Source: Nitrospirota bacterium
Lineage (GTDB): Bacteria; Nitrospirota; Thermodesulfovibrionia; Thermodesulfovibrionales; Dissulfurispiraceae
Length of the DNA stretch: 64,000 nucleotides
Direction of reading: 5' to 3'
NCBI GenBank assembly: GCA_963710375.1
Contig: CAVPZX010000008.1
Coordinates: 256,001-320,000, forward strand
A program made the translations under genes and the position numbers. Below the pieces are notes generated by a model that saw only the letters and a program-made list of their open reading frames with translations, had not been told where the DNA came from and made no database searches. Shown one piece after another: positions 1-8,656 of the stretch (the stretch's first letter is position 1; every line of letters begins with the position of its first letter).

Positions 1-1
1 A

Positions 2-994
2 GAGTTCCAGCTCCGTAAATAACCTCTTCTCGTCAAGAAAGTCGAGCAGATACAAAATCGAGTATATCGGTGTGACGACCTGACGAAATCGTGTACTGCT
101 TAATATCAAAAGCGAATAATCATCCCTTATCTCAAACGAACAATCATCATCCTCATAATCGTGCGGATAAGGCACATAATAAATATTCTTTAAATCGAAC
201 TTCTCGTCATAATACCTTTCAAAATATGGAAATACAGAAAATCGGGGAAACATATCGTATGAGTATGAGGCTTTTCTTATATATCCAACGAAAGTTTCTA
301 GGTAGCTGTCTCCGTCCATCATAACTAGTTCGACTCCCATAAACAGCAAGATTGGCATAATATGAATTCGATGATTTTCCAATACTAAACCGGCATAGTA
401 ATCATTCACTGTTACTATTTTTTTAATTTTTTCCTCTTTAATAAACTTCGCAAGTTCATGAGGCGACATAAAACTGGCCTTGCTGGAGTCAAACATACGG
501 GTATTATTATCCCATCCCGACTCCACAATACGGTAAAGCACGTGCTCAGGGTCCATCTCGCTGCATTTCCCGAAGAAACTGAAAACCCTTTCATTGTCAC
601 CTTCATTGTAAAACAGTATCTTTTTATATTCTGCAGCTATACCCTTTAAATGCATATGCTCGGAAAGAAACCGGTTGGTATTTCTGAGTATATCCGCAAA
701 GGTGTTCACTGGGCCGCTTATCTTTTTCCAAACTTCAGCAGAGCAAGACCCTTTCATGTCGGAAAAACCAGCCAGCGGCATATGACGGAAAATATTTTTG
801 CCGGCGTTGAGGAGCCAGAAGTAGATATACTCTTCGTCAGCAGTGTTAATTTCTTCCAGTGTTAAAGAGTCTTGAGCAATAAGTTTGCCGTTACCATAAA
901 ATTTCAAATAGAGTCTATCCTGATCCATTTCAAGACGAATGTTAACGCACATTTCTGCCACTAGCTTTTCTCCACTTTTTTTTAATGCAGTCAT
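2..994 (-). CDS. Hypothetical protein (over 330 aa, runs off the left edge), last visible gene of the glycosylation operon
   Basis: Manual translation from ATG at 994 (MTALKKSGEKLVAEMCVNIRLEMDQDRLYLKFYG...) is open to the window edge. It starts 6 nt after the upstream stop. It is absent from the ORF track because no stop lies in the window. Confidence 0.8.
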   Translation of the reverse strand, partial: MTALKKSGEKLVAEMCVNIRLEMDQDRLYLKFYGNGKLIAQDSLTLEEINTADEEYIYFWLLNAGKNIFRHMPLAGFSDMKGSCSAEVWKKISGPVNTFADILRNTNRFLSEHMHLKGIAAEYKKILFYNEGDNERVFSFFGKCSEMDPEHVLYRIVESGWDNNTRMFDSSKASFMSPHELAKFIKEEKIKKIVTVNDYYAGLVLENHRIHIMPILLFMGVELVMMDGDSYLETFVGYIRKASYSYDMFPRFSVFPYFERYYDEKFDLKNIYYVPYPHDYEDDDCSFEIRDDYSLLILSSTRFRQVVTPIYSILYLLDFLDEKRLFTELEL

Positions 995-999
995 TATAG

Positions 1000-1767
1000 C
1001 TAATCCTTAACAAAATAGCCGGCTGGGGAATTAGTCCATGGTAATACCTTAATTTGTATTTGCGGCATACCGCTGAAGAAGTCATCTACAGCCTTTGTTT
1101 CTCCCGGCCATTCTGCTAATCCATATTCGTCAAAGATTATGACTCCACCACGGGAAAGTCTTTCCCATAGGCACTCCAAGGCAACCTTTGTCGGCTTGTA
1201 GAGATCACAGTCAAAGTGAATAAGAGAAAATCTCACTCCAGGATTAGAATCTGTAAACTGGACAACCGTCTCCTCAATATTTCCTTTTACGAGCTTTATC
1301 CGATTTTTGAACGGAATGAATCGATCTCTATCAAAGATAGCTATTGCATCAACAAGTTCATCATAGTAGTGTCCGGGTGAGAATCCACCGATGATCTTTT
1401 GGACATCCGGTTCTTCTTTTCCATCCTCGGCAGAGAGGTTTGGGAACCCCTCCCAGTTGTCGAAACCATAGACAATTTTTGTGCGGTTTCCGATGCAATA
1501 GGCTTCAAGCATGTTTGCCCACGACATCAGACCCAAGCCTCTAAATACGCCAAGCTCTGCAATGTCGCCGGGCACGTCAATGGTTTTTTGAAAAAGATCG
1601 TGGTGGGCCATGAAGCGTTTCAACCATTGACGGCGCGCTAATACAGGGAAAAACTTTGTCGCGGTTAAAGGGTCAATATTGAAACGCGTGCAGTGGTCAG
1701 AGATCATCTTTTCAATATCGGCATCTGTGCCCAATTTTCTGTATCCATCGAATTCTCTGTTTTCCAT
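1000..1767 (-). CDS. TylF/MycF/NovP-family sugar O-methyltransferase
   Basis: Motifs GDIAELGVFRG, YGFDNWEGFP, IHFDCDLYKPTKVALE and GGVIIFDEY. Confidence 0.85.
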   Translation of the reverse strand: MENREFDGYRKLGTDADIEKMISDHCTRFNIDPLTATKFFPVLARRQWLKRFMAHHDLFQKTIDVPGDIAELGVFRGLGLMSWANMLEAYCIGNRTKIVYGFDNWEGFPNLSAEDGKEEPDVQKIIGGFSPGHYYDELVDAIAIFDRDRFIPFKNRIKLVKGNIEETVVQFTDSNPGVRFSLIHFDCDLYKPTKVALECLWERLSRGGVIIFDEYGLAEWPGETKAVDDFFSGMPQIQIKVLPWTNSPAGYFVKD

Positions 1768-1773
1768 AGATAA

Positions 1774-2778
1774 CTACTCCTTAGGTAGATTAAAGATCGA
1801 ATATGCATCAAGCGGTTTTGTAATGCCCACGTAAGGCATAATGTATTTGTCTATGAAACTATGATCCTCACCGCATAAACAGAGCGGGTTAGTGGTAGAG
1901 CCAAAAATTGGATTTGTCAATAAAGCATCCCGAGCAATCTTCAAATTTGTGTCCTTAATGTTTCCAAGTGAAAACTGCAGGAAATTGCATGGCAGGATAT
2001 TTCCGTTAGCTGTAATGTGCATGAAATCTGTTCCTGCCGGGCAGTGGTCTACTGGATCACAAAAAACATCACGCTTGATGGATTTTTGTCCTTGAAGCGT
2101 TAATGGACTTTCATCTCTCAATTTTCGTATATATTCCACATCTGCTTTTGTCATCAAAATATCTTTTCTGCCGTCCCAATTGCCTACCGGTTCGGCAATT
2201 TGCAAATCGATTCTTATTTTTTTGTTAATTGCATAATCGTATACCTTCTTAAAACCTTCACTATACAAAGATTGATGAGTCACAACAACATCAAGTGCCA
2301 CTATTAAGCCCTCGTTTGTTATGTTATCGACAGCTTCAAGTACTCTTTTATAAGACCCTTTTCTCCTATTGGAATCGTGTCCACTCTCCAGGCCTGAGTC
2401 GAGGCTGATCGAAATTTTATCAACCTGAAGGTCCTTTAACCATTGTATGGTTGCCAGTGTCATGTCCCAACCATTTGTTGTAACAGTAATAAATGACTCC
2501 TCCGGATGACAGTTCTTAAGTATTGACTCGACTCTTTCACGATCCAATATCGGTTCTCCACCCATCAGGACATAATGTGAAACACCAAGTTCATGCGCAT
2601 ACTGAAGAGTAGAAAGCAAATCTGATAATTCGATTGGTTCTGTATTCTTGAAGGTCGAAGCATAACAGTGCGGACAACTCATATTGCATTTTGTAGTAAC
2701 ATCGATAACCAGTGTTTTTAAATCGCCCGATTTCCGATCCTTTTCCTTTCGATGCAATTTTGTTTTTTGGCTGAACAT
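1774..2778 (-). CDS. Radical SAM protein with SPASM/twitch domain
   Basis: CNMSCPHC (CxxxCxxC), GGEP, and C-terminal CPAG...GNILPC...LGNI. Confidence 0.9.
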   Translation of the reverse strand: MFSQKTKLHRKEKDRKSGDLKTLVIDVTTKCNMSCPHCYASTFKNTEPIELSDLLSTLQYAHELGVSHYVLMGGEPILDRERVESILKNCHPEESFITVTTNGWDMTLATIQWLKDLQVDKISISLDSGLESGHDSNRRKGSYKRVLEAVDNITNEGLIVALDVVVTHQSLYSEGFKKVYDYAINKKIRIDLQIAEPVGNWDGRKDILMTKADVEYIRKLRDESPLTLQGQKSIKRDVFCDPVDHCPAGTDFMHITANGNILPCNFLQFSLGNIKDTNLKIARDALLTNPIFGSTTNPLCLCGEDHSFIDKYIMPYVGITKPLDAYSIFNLPKE

Positions 2779-2824
2779 TTCTATCTCCGCAAATTAACAC
2801 AAGGTAAGGATTGTTTATACACAG

Positions 2825-3595
2825 CTACCAATCAACCTTTATATAACCTGAAGGGGCACTGTGCCAGGCAAATTTCACAATATTAGGCTTCATCCCAAAA
2901 TGCTCCTGAAAGTATTCATCCACGGCCTTGGATTCACCTCCAAATGTTTCCAAGGCATATTCATCCAAAATTATAATCCCTCCCTTTACCATCATGGGTG
3001 CAAAGTTTTCAAGAGCGACTTTGGTTGGCTCATACAGATCACAATCAATATTAAGAAGCGTTACACGCAGGCCATGGCCTTTAGCTTTCACAAATTCAGG
3101 GATTGTCCGGACCATGTCCCCTTTGATAAGATCTATTCGATTCAAGTGTTTAATATGTTTGTCGGCGGATAATGCCTTTTGAGCAAGGTGCAAATCCCTT
3201 TCAATAGAAGTACCTGTTGCAAATCCTCCAGCTTTCCGGTCAACCTCAACATTTTCATCTCCGTCTTCTTTTGCCAACGAGGGGAAACCTTCAAAAGAAT
3301 CAAAGCCATAAACTACCTTCCTAACGTCTGTCGGACAGAATATTTCACATAGTTTAGCCCATGTAAATGTAGATGATCCCCTGTAAACTCCCAGATCAAT
3401 TATGACGCCCGGCAATTCATAAATTTGTTTGAATAACTCATAATGAACTAAAAACCTGGCCAGATTATACCTCGGAGTGAACACAGGAAAATTCCTGAAC
3501 ATCTCAAAAACGGACAAACCTGTAGTTGAAAACAAATCTTCCAATATCTCTTTCTGCAGCCTTTCATTTTCATGTCTTGACGATAAATCCGTCAT
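2825..3595 (-). CDS. TylF/MycF/NovP-family sugar O-methyltransferase (second paralog)
   Basis: Motifs GVIIDLGVYRG, YGFDSFEGFP, LNIDCDLYEPTKVALE and GGIIILDEY. Confidence 0.85.
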   Translation of the reverse strand: MTDLSSRHENERLQKEILEDLFSTTGLSVFEMFRNFPVFTPRYNLARFLVHYELFKQIYELPGVIIDLGVYRGSSTFTWAKLCEIFCPTDVRKVVYGFDSFEGFPSLAKEDGDENVEVDRKAGGFATGTSIERDLHLAQKALSADKHIKHLNRIDLIKGDMVRTIPEFVKAKGHGLRVTLLNIDCDLYEPTKVALENFAPMMVKGGIIILDEYALETFGGESKAVDEYFQEHFGMKPNIVKFAWHSAPSGYIKVDW

Positions 3596-3630
3596 GCGAT
3601 ATCTCCTTTTACTATTAAGTCAAATCTCTT

Positions 3631-4551
3631 CTACTTTTGACAAATATATTCCTCTATTATTCTTGTTATGGTATGGCTGGAGACGCTGAAACACTCTCTC
3701 ATCCCTTTTGCATCTCTTATTTCATGAATAAACCTGTAAGGTATTCCAATTGTTTTTAATATCCACTGGGGCATATATTCTGCATGCATTTTGGCTAATA
3801 TGCTTCCTAAGCCGCTATTTTCAAAGTGCTCCTCAACGGATATTACGAATTTCATATCCTTTAAAATGTCAAACAATACTTCATTGTTTATGGGCTGTAT
3901 GGTTGGTATTGATATTAATGCGGGCAAGATATTTTTTTCCGCCAGGTAATCGTATGCTTCCATAACCTCAAGAGATATAGAACCATGAAATAGAATTGCT
4001 ATGTCTGTACCGGTTTTCAAAACTTGTGGGAGTGTTATATCAAAAACCTCATCTGTGTGGAGATTAGGTTCTCCACGCTTTGGAAGTCTGACATAGACAG
4101 GATCAGGAGAGTCTAAAGAATAAAGGGCAGCCATTTTTGCCTCGATAGGATCTATTGGCGATATGACCGTTAGATTGGGTAATGTTTGAGCGATACCGAT
4201 ATCCTCTACCGAATAATGAGTCATGCCGGCCGGCGCATAGGTTACCCCGCTGCCAATCCCTGCTAAAACGACAGGAAGCCTTTGATAGCAAATATCATTT
4301 CTCACCTGCTCATAGCATCTGTACAGCAGAAAGGGGATAATATTGTACATATACACTTTATAACCTGCCATGGCAAGTCCGGACGAGAAGCTCGCCATGT
4401 TCTGCTCGGCAATGCCCAGGTTAAGAAACCTGTCAGGATATTGTTCCTTGAATTCATCGAATACCCCAAGACCGGCGTCACCGCTGATCATAAAGATATC
4501 GTCGCGCTCATTGCAGGCATTAATAATCGTATTTATAAAAGCGTTCCTCAT
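3631..4551 (-). CDS. Transketolase-like TPP enzyme, C-terminal subunit
   Basis: MRNAF start, NLGIAEQNM, GMTHYSVED and VEEH motifs; overlaps the stop of the N-terminal subunit gene. Confidence 0.92.
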   Translation of the reverse strand: MRNAFINTIINACNERDDIFMISGDAGLGVFDEFKEQYPDRFLNLGIAEQNMASFSSGLAMAGYKVYMYNIIPFLLYRCYEQVRNDICYQRLPVVLAGIGSGVTYAPAGMTHYSVEDIGIAQTLPNLTVISPIDPIEAKMAALYSLDSPDPVYVRLPKRGEPNLHTDEVFDITLPQVLKTGTDIAILFHGSISLEVMEAYDYLAEKNILPALISIPTIQPINNEVLFDILKDMKFVISVEEHFENSGLGSILAKMHAEYMPQWILKTIGIPYRFIHEIRDAKGMRECFSVSSHTITRIIEEYICQK

Positions 4552-5336
4552 CTCAGCTCTTGCAGCGCCCTTTCCCTATGCTCATCTGTAACAACATAGT
4601 AATGCCAGACAAGCTGGTCCTCCATAAACGAAACTCCCTTTCCTTTTGTGGTGCAGGCAATAATTATTTTCGGCTTCCCTTTCGGGTCCTCATTGAAGGC
4701 GTCTTTCAGTGCGGACAGGTCATGCCCGTCTACATCTACCGCATGCCAACCGAATGCCTGCCATTTCGCCCTCACCGGTTCAAAACTGCAGATACTCTTT
4801 GCCCTCCCGTATCCTTGCAGGTTGTTGAAGTCCATTACCGCAGTAAAATTATTAAGCCCGAGTTTCGGAGCAAACAGCGCTCCCTCCCATACGGAGCCTT
4901 CCTGCGATTCTCCATCGCCTATGAGTGCATAGACTTTTCTGTCGTAATTACTTTTTTTGAATCCGAACGCAATACCGAGACCAATATTAAAACCATGTCC
5001 CAAAGAGCCCGCCGAAACTTCCACGCCCTTTGCCGTAAATCTGTCAAGGTGTGCCGGCAGGGAGCCGTTGTCACAGTAATAACCATCCAGCAGGCCTTCG
5101 TCGATAATACCCCGCACAGCCAAAGTGCTGTACAGAGACATTGCCGCATGCCCCTTGCTCAAAATAAAAATATCCCGTTTCTCCCAGGGCTCCAATCGTA
5201 AAATATCAAAGTATAAGGCCGTCAGGATATCGACACAGGAGAGAGAAGAACCTATATGCGGGCCTTTCGACCTGTTAGCCATATCAATGATCTTTCTTCT
5301 TATTCTCTTTGAGATTTCTATCATATCCATAACCAT
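4548..5336 (-). CDS. Transketolase-like TPP enzyme, N-terminal TPP-binding subunit
   Basis: HIGSSLS, LSKGHA, GSLGHG, GDGESQEG (TPP motif) and TTKGKG. Confidence 0.93.
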   Translation of the reverse strand: MVMDMIEISKRIRRKIIDMANRSKGPHIGSSLSCVDILTALYFDILRLEPWEKRDIFILSKGHAAMSLYSTLAVRGIIDEGLLDGYYCDNGSLPAHLDRFTAKGVEVSAGSLGHGFNIGLGIAFGFKKSNYDRKVYALIGDGESQEGSVWEGALFAPKLGLNNFTAVMDFNNLQGYGRAKSICSFEPVRAKWQAFGWHAVDVDGHDLSALKDAFNEDPKGKPKIIIACTTKGKGVSFMEDQLVWHYYVVTDEHRERALQELR

Positions 5337-5411
5337 TCGTCATTCACTAAAATAGGCATACGGGTGAATAAGCTTCACACTCATTCACTCGTTTACTCAT
5401 CTGTTTTCTCA

Positions 5412-6407
5412 TCACTTATCGGTCTGTAATATTTCTGTAGTTTGAGAAGCTATATGGCTCTTAACAGCATCAGCAACTTCTTCTATGTCGATATGCTCCA
5501 TGCAATTCAGACCGGTAAGACATTTTGCACGATAACACGGCATAAGATGACATTTCTGATTGGAATAAATCGATCGTCCGAAACCGTGAAGATCTATCTC
5601 CTGCGAACCAGTCGGGCCGAAAAGCACGATTATCTTTTTTTTGAGGGCAAGACCTATATGCAGACCCAGACTGTCCTGTGATACCAGAAGTCTGCACGAA
5701 TGGATCCAGTCCATATAGTCATAAAGATTCTTGAGCCCCTGCTGCCATGATATGGAATATCCCGCTTCCTGTAATTTTCTTTCCAGCTCTTTCCATTTTT
5801 CGAGCGGCATTGCCTTTGTCTGCCATTTTGTCCCTACATTAAAATTAAATCCGACATCATATGTTTCAACCGATTTCGGCTGGTAACCGAGCATATATCC
5901 CTGGCCCTTCCACTCTATGCCGGTCATCTCTATGAGTGCCTGCTGCCAACAATCCTTCGGCTTTTTCCCGTTCTTCTTCGCACTTATGTAATCGATAAAG
6001 CTCAGGCCCTTTTCATAAGCGTGGTACGTCCCGTTAATGCTCTCAAAACGGAAACCATATTTAACCCATGCGTCTATCATATCGGAGATGGCGCAAATGC
6101 CTGGGATCTTTTCAAGATTTACAAGTACGTCAAACTTCTCTCTCATCAACTGAAAAGGAACAAATTCATCCCATGTCAGCAACCTGTCGATGAATTTAAT
6201 TCCGTTTAAGAGCGGCTCCGCCTCCTGTGAAACAAGCCACGTTATATGTGAATCAGGATACTTCTCTTTAAAGGCCCATAAAACAGGTGTTGTCCTGATA
6301 ACATCACCCAGGCTTGGAACCCTGCCTATCTCAGGGTCCAATGTCTCAGAATAACCTAGCTTTATTATGAGAATCTTTGTTGCCACAATCGCCTCCCTGC
6401 CACTCAA
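5412..6407 (-). CDS. Glycosyltransferase family 9 (heptosyltransferase-like)
   Basis: SLGDVIRTTP, DSLGLHIG and LFGPT motifs. Confidence 0.85.
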   Translation of the reverse strand: MSGREAIVATKILIIKLGYSETLDPEIGRVPSLGDVIRTTPVLWAFKEKYPDSHITWLVSQEAEPLLNGIKFIDRLLTWDEFVPFQLMREKFDVLVNLEKIPGICAISDMIDAWVKYGFRFESINGTYHAYEKGLSFIDYISAKKNGKKPKDCWQQALIEMTGIEWKGQGYMLGYQPKSVETYDVGFNFNVGTKWQTKAMPLEKWKELERKLQEAGYSISWQQGLKNLYDYMDWIHSCRLLVSQDSLGLHIGLALKKKIIVLFGPTGSQEIDLHGFGRSIYSNQKCHLMPCYRAKCLTGLNCMEHIDIEEVADAVKSHIASQTTEILQTDK

Positions 6408-7477
6408 ATAAAGTTTATATGCTCCGGCTTATTATCCAGAAACTCCAGAAACTCATTTATCCTCGACATTCTGCAGTTAAGCCTGCATTCCTCCTCTATG
6501 ATCAAGACTTCTTCTCCGTACCTGATCGATGCCTGTCTTTTCTCTCCAGATAAAATCTCAGCCATCCCGTTTGCATAAATATTTCCTGTTCTGAACCTCT
6601 CATCCCCTATGAAAACACTGCATGTATAGAAGTCTCCCTTGGAGGAAATATATCCCCAAAACGGCAGAGCGCGACAATGCCCGAACATCTTGTTTTTTTC
6701 AACATACCTGCTAAAGGCCTCTTTTCTGAAAATCACGTTAAGTTTTGAATTAGCGCCATATTCGCTGATTACCGCTTCGACCCCGTCTATCAATTCATCG
6801 GTGTATGCCGTGTCCCTTTTTTTTATCATTTGAGGGTGCAGGGAATAAGGCTTCAGGCTTAAGTAATCCACTCCGATTTCGTCAAACAGACGCAAGGCAT
6901 TTTCAATATCCTTAATATTTTCCTCTATAATGAGGAACTGAACACCTATGGTGACTTCAAGTCCGAGATCTCGCTTGACCCTCAACGCCTCTTTTATACT
7001 TCCTATTGTCCTATTGAAAAAATCTGCCGGGACATTATGGACCTTTGAATGCACCTCAGGGCTCCCGGCATCAACGCTGAAACGAATCCAGGTGAGGTAG
7101 GGAAGAACCTCCGTCCATATTTCATAATTGCCGATAGTGCCGTTCGTTGTCAGGGAAACATCCATCCCTGAATCTTTTGCAACCTTTATAAGCTTCGGCA
7201 GGTCCTTATGCAGCAATGGCTCTCCTTCTCCGGCGAACATTATGCTCCTTACACCCAGCCTTCCCATTTCTTCGAGTCTTTTGCACAGAAGCCCGGTATC
7301 CAATTGGAACCCCTTGTCCCTGGCAAAATCAATGCCGCAAAAGATGCACCTGTGATTGCAGAAAGAGACAGGGCTAATCTCAATATAAACCGGCGGAATG
7401 ACCCTGTTATCCTGCCATTCGACAACTCTGTCCAGATGCCAAAACAGCTTATGACCGTCTATAAGATATTTATCCAA
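6404..7477 (-). CDS. Radical SAM protein with SPASM/twitch domain
   Basis: CNHRCIFC, GEGEPLLH, and C-terminal C...GDFYTC...CRLNC. Confidence 0.9.
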   Translation of the reverse strand: MDKYLIDGHKLFWHLDRVVEWQDNRVIPPVYIEISPVSFCNHRCIFCGIDFARDKGFQLDTGLLCKRLEEMGRLGVRSIMFAGEGEPLLHKDLPKLIKVAKDSGMDVSLTTNGTIGNYEIWTEVLPYLTWIRFSVDAGSPEVHSKVHNVPADFFNRTIGSIKEALRVKRDLGLEVTIGVQFLIIEENIKDIENALRLFDEIGVDYLSLKPYSLHPQMIKKRDTAYTDELIDGVEAVISEYGANSKLNVIFRKEAFSRYVEKNKMFGHCRALPFWGYISSKGDFYTCSVFIGDERFRTGNIYANGMAEILSGEKRQASIRYGEEVLIIEEECRLNCRMSRINEFLEFLDNKPEHINFI

Positions 7478-8378
7478 ATTGAACCTCTACCCTTTGCCCT
7501 ATGCCCCTTATCTCCACGCTCGTATGGCCGAACACCTGAAACCTGTTTGTCTTGACCTTCACGTCGCATGGATTGCAGTCGCCAAAGGATGAGCATTGCC
7601 TGAATTCATCTATAGACGCCTCGCTAAACCCCTTGTCGAGAATATGTGCTATAGGATCCCTGCCGTTGTATAAGTCTGAATGGCATTTGTAGACATAACC
7701 GGCAGGATCGACTATGATCTCGGTGGTCCTGCATTCACAGCTTCTATGATTTTCTCCGCGAACAGAACCTTCGTATTTAAAAGTCCCATAAAGCTTCCCT
7801 TCCCATTCACCCAGGAACTCCTTGGTCCTGAAATCAATACCGAGTTTCAGACACCTCTCTTTTGTTTCGAGTATATGATTTATTATCACCGGGTGCTCGA
7901 TTCCATATATCCCGACCCTAAAGCCGGCATCGTGAAGTTTTAATGCCTTCCTGACGAGGTCTTGAATATCATTTTGCCCGGGATGATAACTTACTCTGAT
8001 CGACGCATAGGGGGCCTCTCTGGTAAACCTCCAGACAGGTACATTCCCTATGAACTCATCAACATCGAACATCATGTTTGTCATCAAATCCATCTTGATA
8101 TCGGGTTTGACTTCGTTGACTACTCTGTAAAATCCCTTAAAGAGGGTCGGCTCTCCTCCCTGAAGTGTGAGCGGCAAATCATCCCTTAAAACCAGCCGGT
8201 TTGCGGCTTTTATCCAGTTATCCGCATCCATATGCTTTCTGGCTGCCTTTGTATATCTGGAGCCGCCACCGTGCAGGTTGATACAATAAGGGCAATGGAG
8301 GTTGCATGCGAGCGTGAGGAAAAACGCTACGTAATTATGATGTTCTTTTGGTTGTATGAAGCACGATTTTTCAGACAT
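7470..8378 (-). CDS. Radical SAM protein
   Basis: CNLHCPYC, QGGEPT, and C-terminal Cys cluster (CEC...YKC...CSSFGDCNPC). Confidence 0.88.
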   Translation of the reverse strand: MSEKSCFIQPKEHHNYVAFFLTLACNLHCPYCINLHGGGSRYTKAARKHMDADNWIKAANRLVLRDDLPLTLQGGEPTLFKGFYRVVNEVKPDIKMDLMTNMMFDVDEFIGNVPVWRFTREAPYASIRVSYHPGQNDIQDLVRKALKLHDAGFRVGIYGIEHPVIINHILETKERCLKLGIDFRTKEFLGEWEGKLYGTFKYEGSVRGENHRSCECRTTEIIVDPAGYVYKCHSDLYNGRDPIAHILDKGFSEASIDEFRQCSSFGDCNPCDVKVKTNRFQVFGHTSVEIRGIGQRVEVQFG

Positions 8379-8403
8379 TTATCTTTCCATCGCGCAAAAA
8401 TAA

Positions 8404-8419
8404 AGCAATAATTATGCCC
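8404..8419 (-). promoter_or_regulatory. Putative sigma-54 (-24/-12) promoter of the leftward glycosylation operon
   Basis: Minus strand reads GGGCATAATTATTGCT (GG-N10-GC, close to TGGCAY-N5-TTGCW), 25 nt upstream of the ATG at 8378. Confidence 0.7.
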
Positions 8420-8501
8420 GCGGCCAAAAGCAAAGCATCAAATTGTATTTCAAGATAATTTATTATTCGTGCAGCAATGCTTTAAAACCTCTTAACAATA
8501 A

Positions 8502-8603
8502 AGGAAAAAAGTTTTCCTATATAATGAGGAAATATTTTCCTGTCATATAATTGACTATTAATATTTTATCGGCATTTATAAAAGTGAGGATAAACTTTTC
8601 CCT
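8502..8603. promoter_or_regulatory. Three related imperfect palindromes, candidate enhancer (UAS) sites
   Basis: AGGAAAAAAGTTTTCCT (8502-8518), AGGAAATATTTTCCT (8527-8541) and AGGATAAACTTTTCCCT (8587-8603) in the divergent intergenic region. Confidence 0.45.
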
Positions 8604-8656
8604 GAATTAAATGCTAACATTTAGTTGTTGCTAATAAAATGAGGCAAAGGTGAAAA

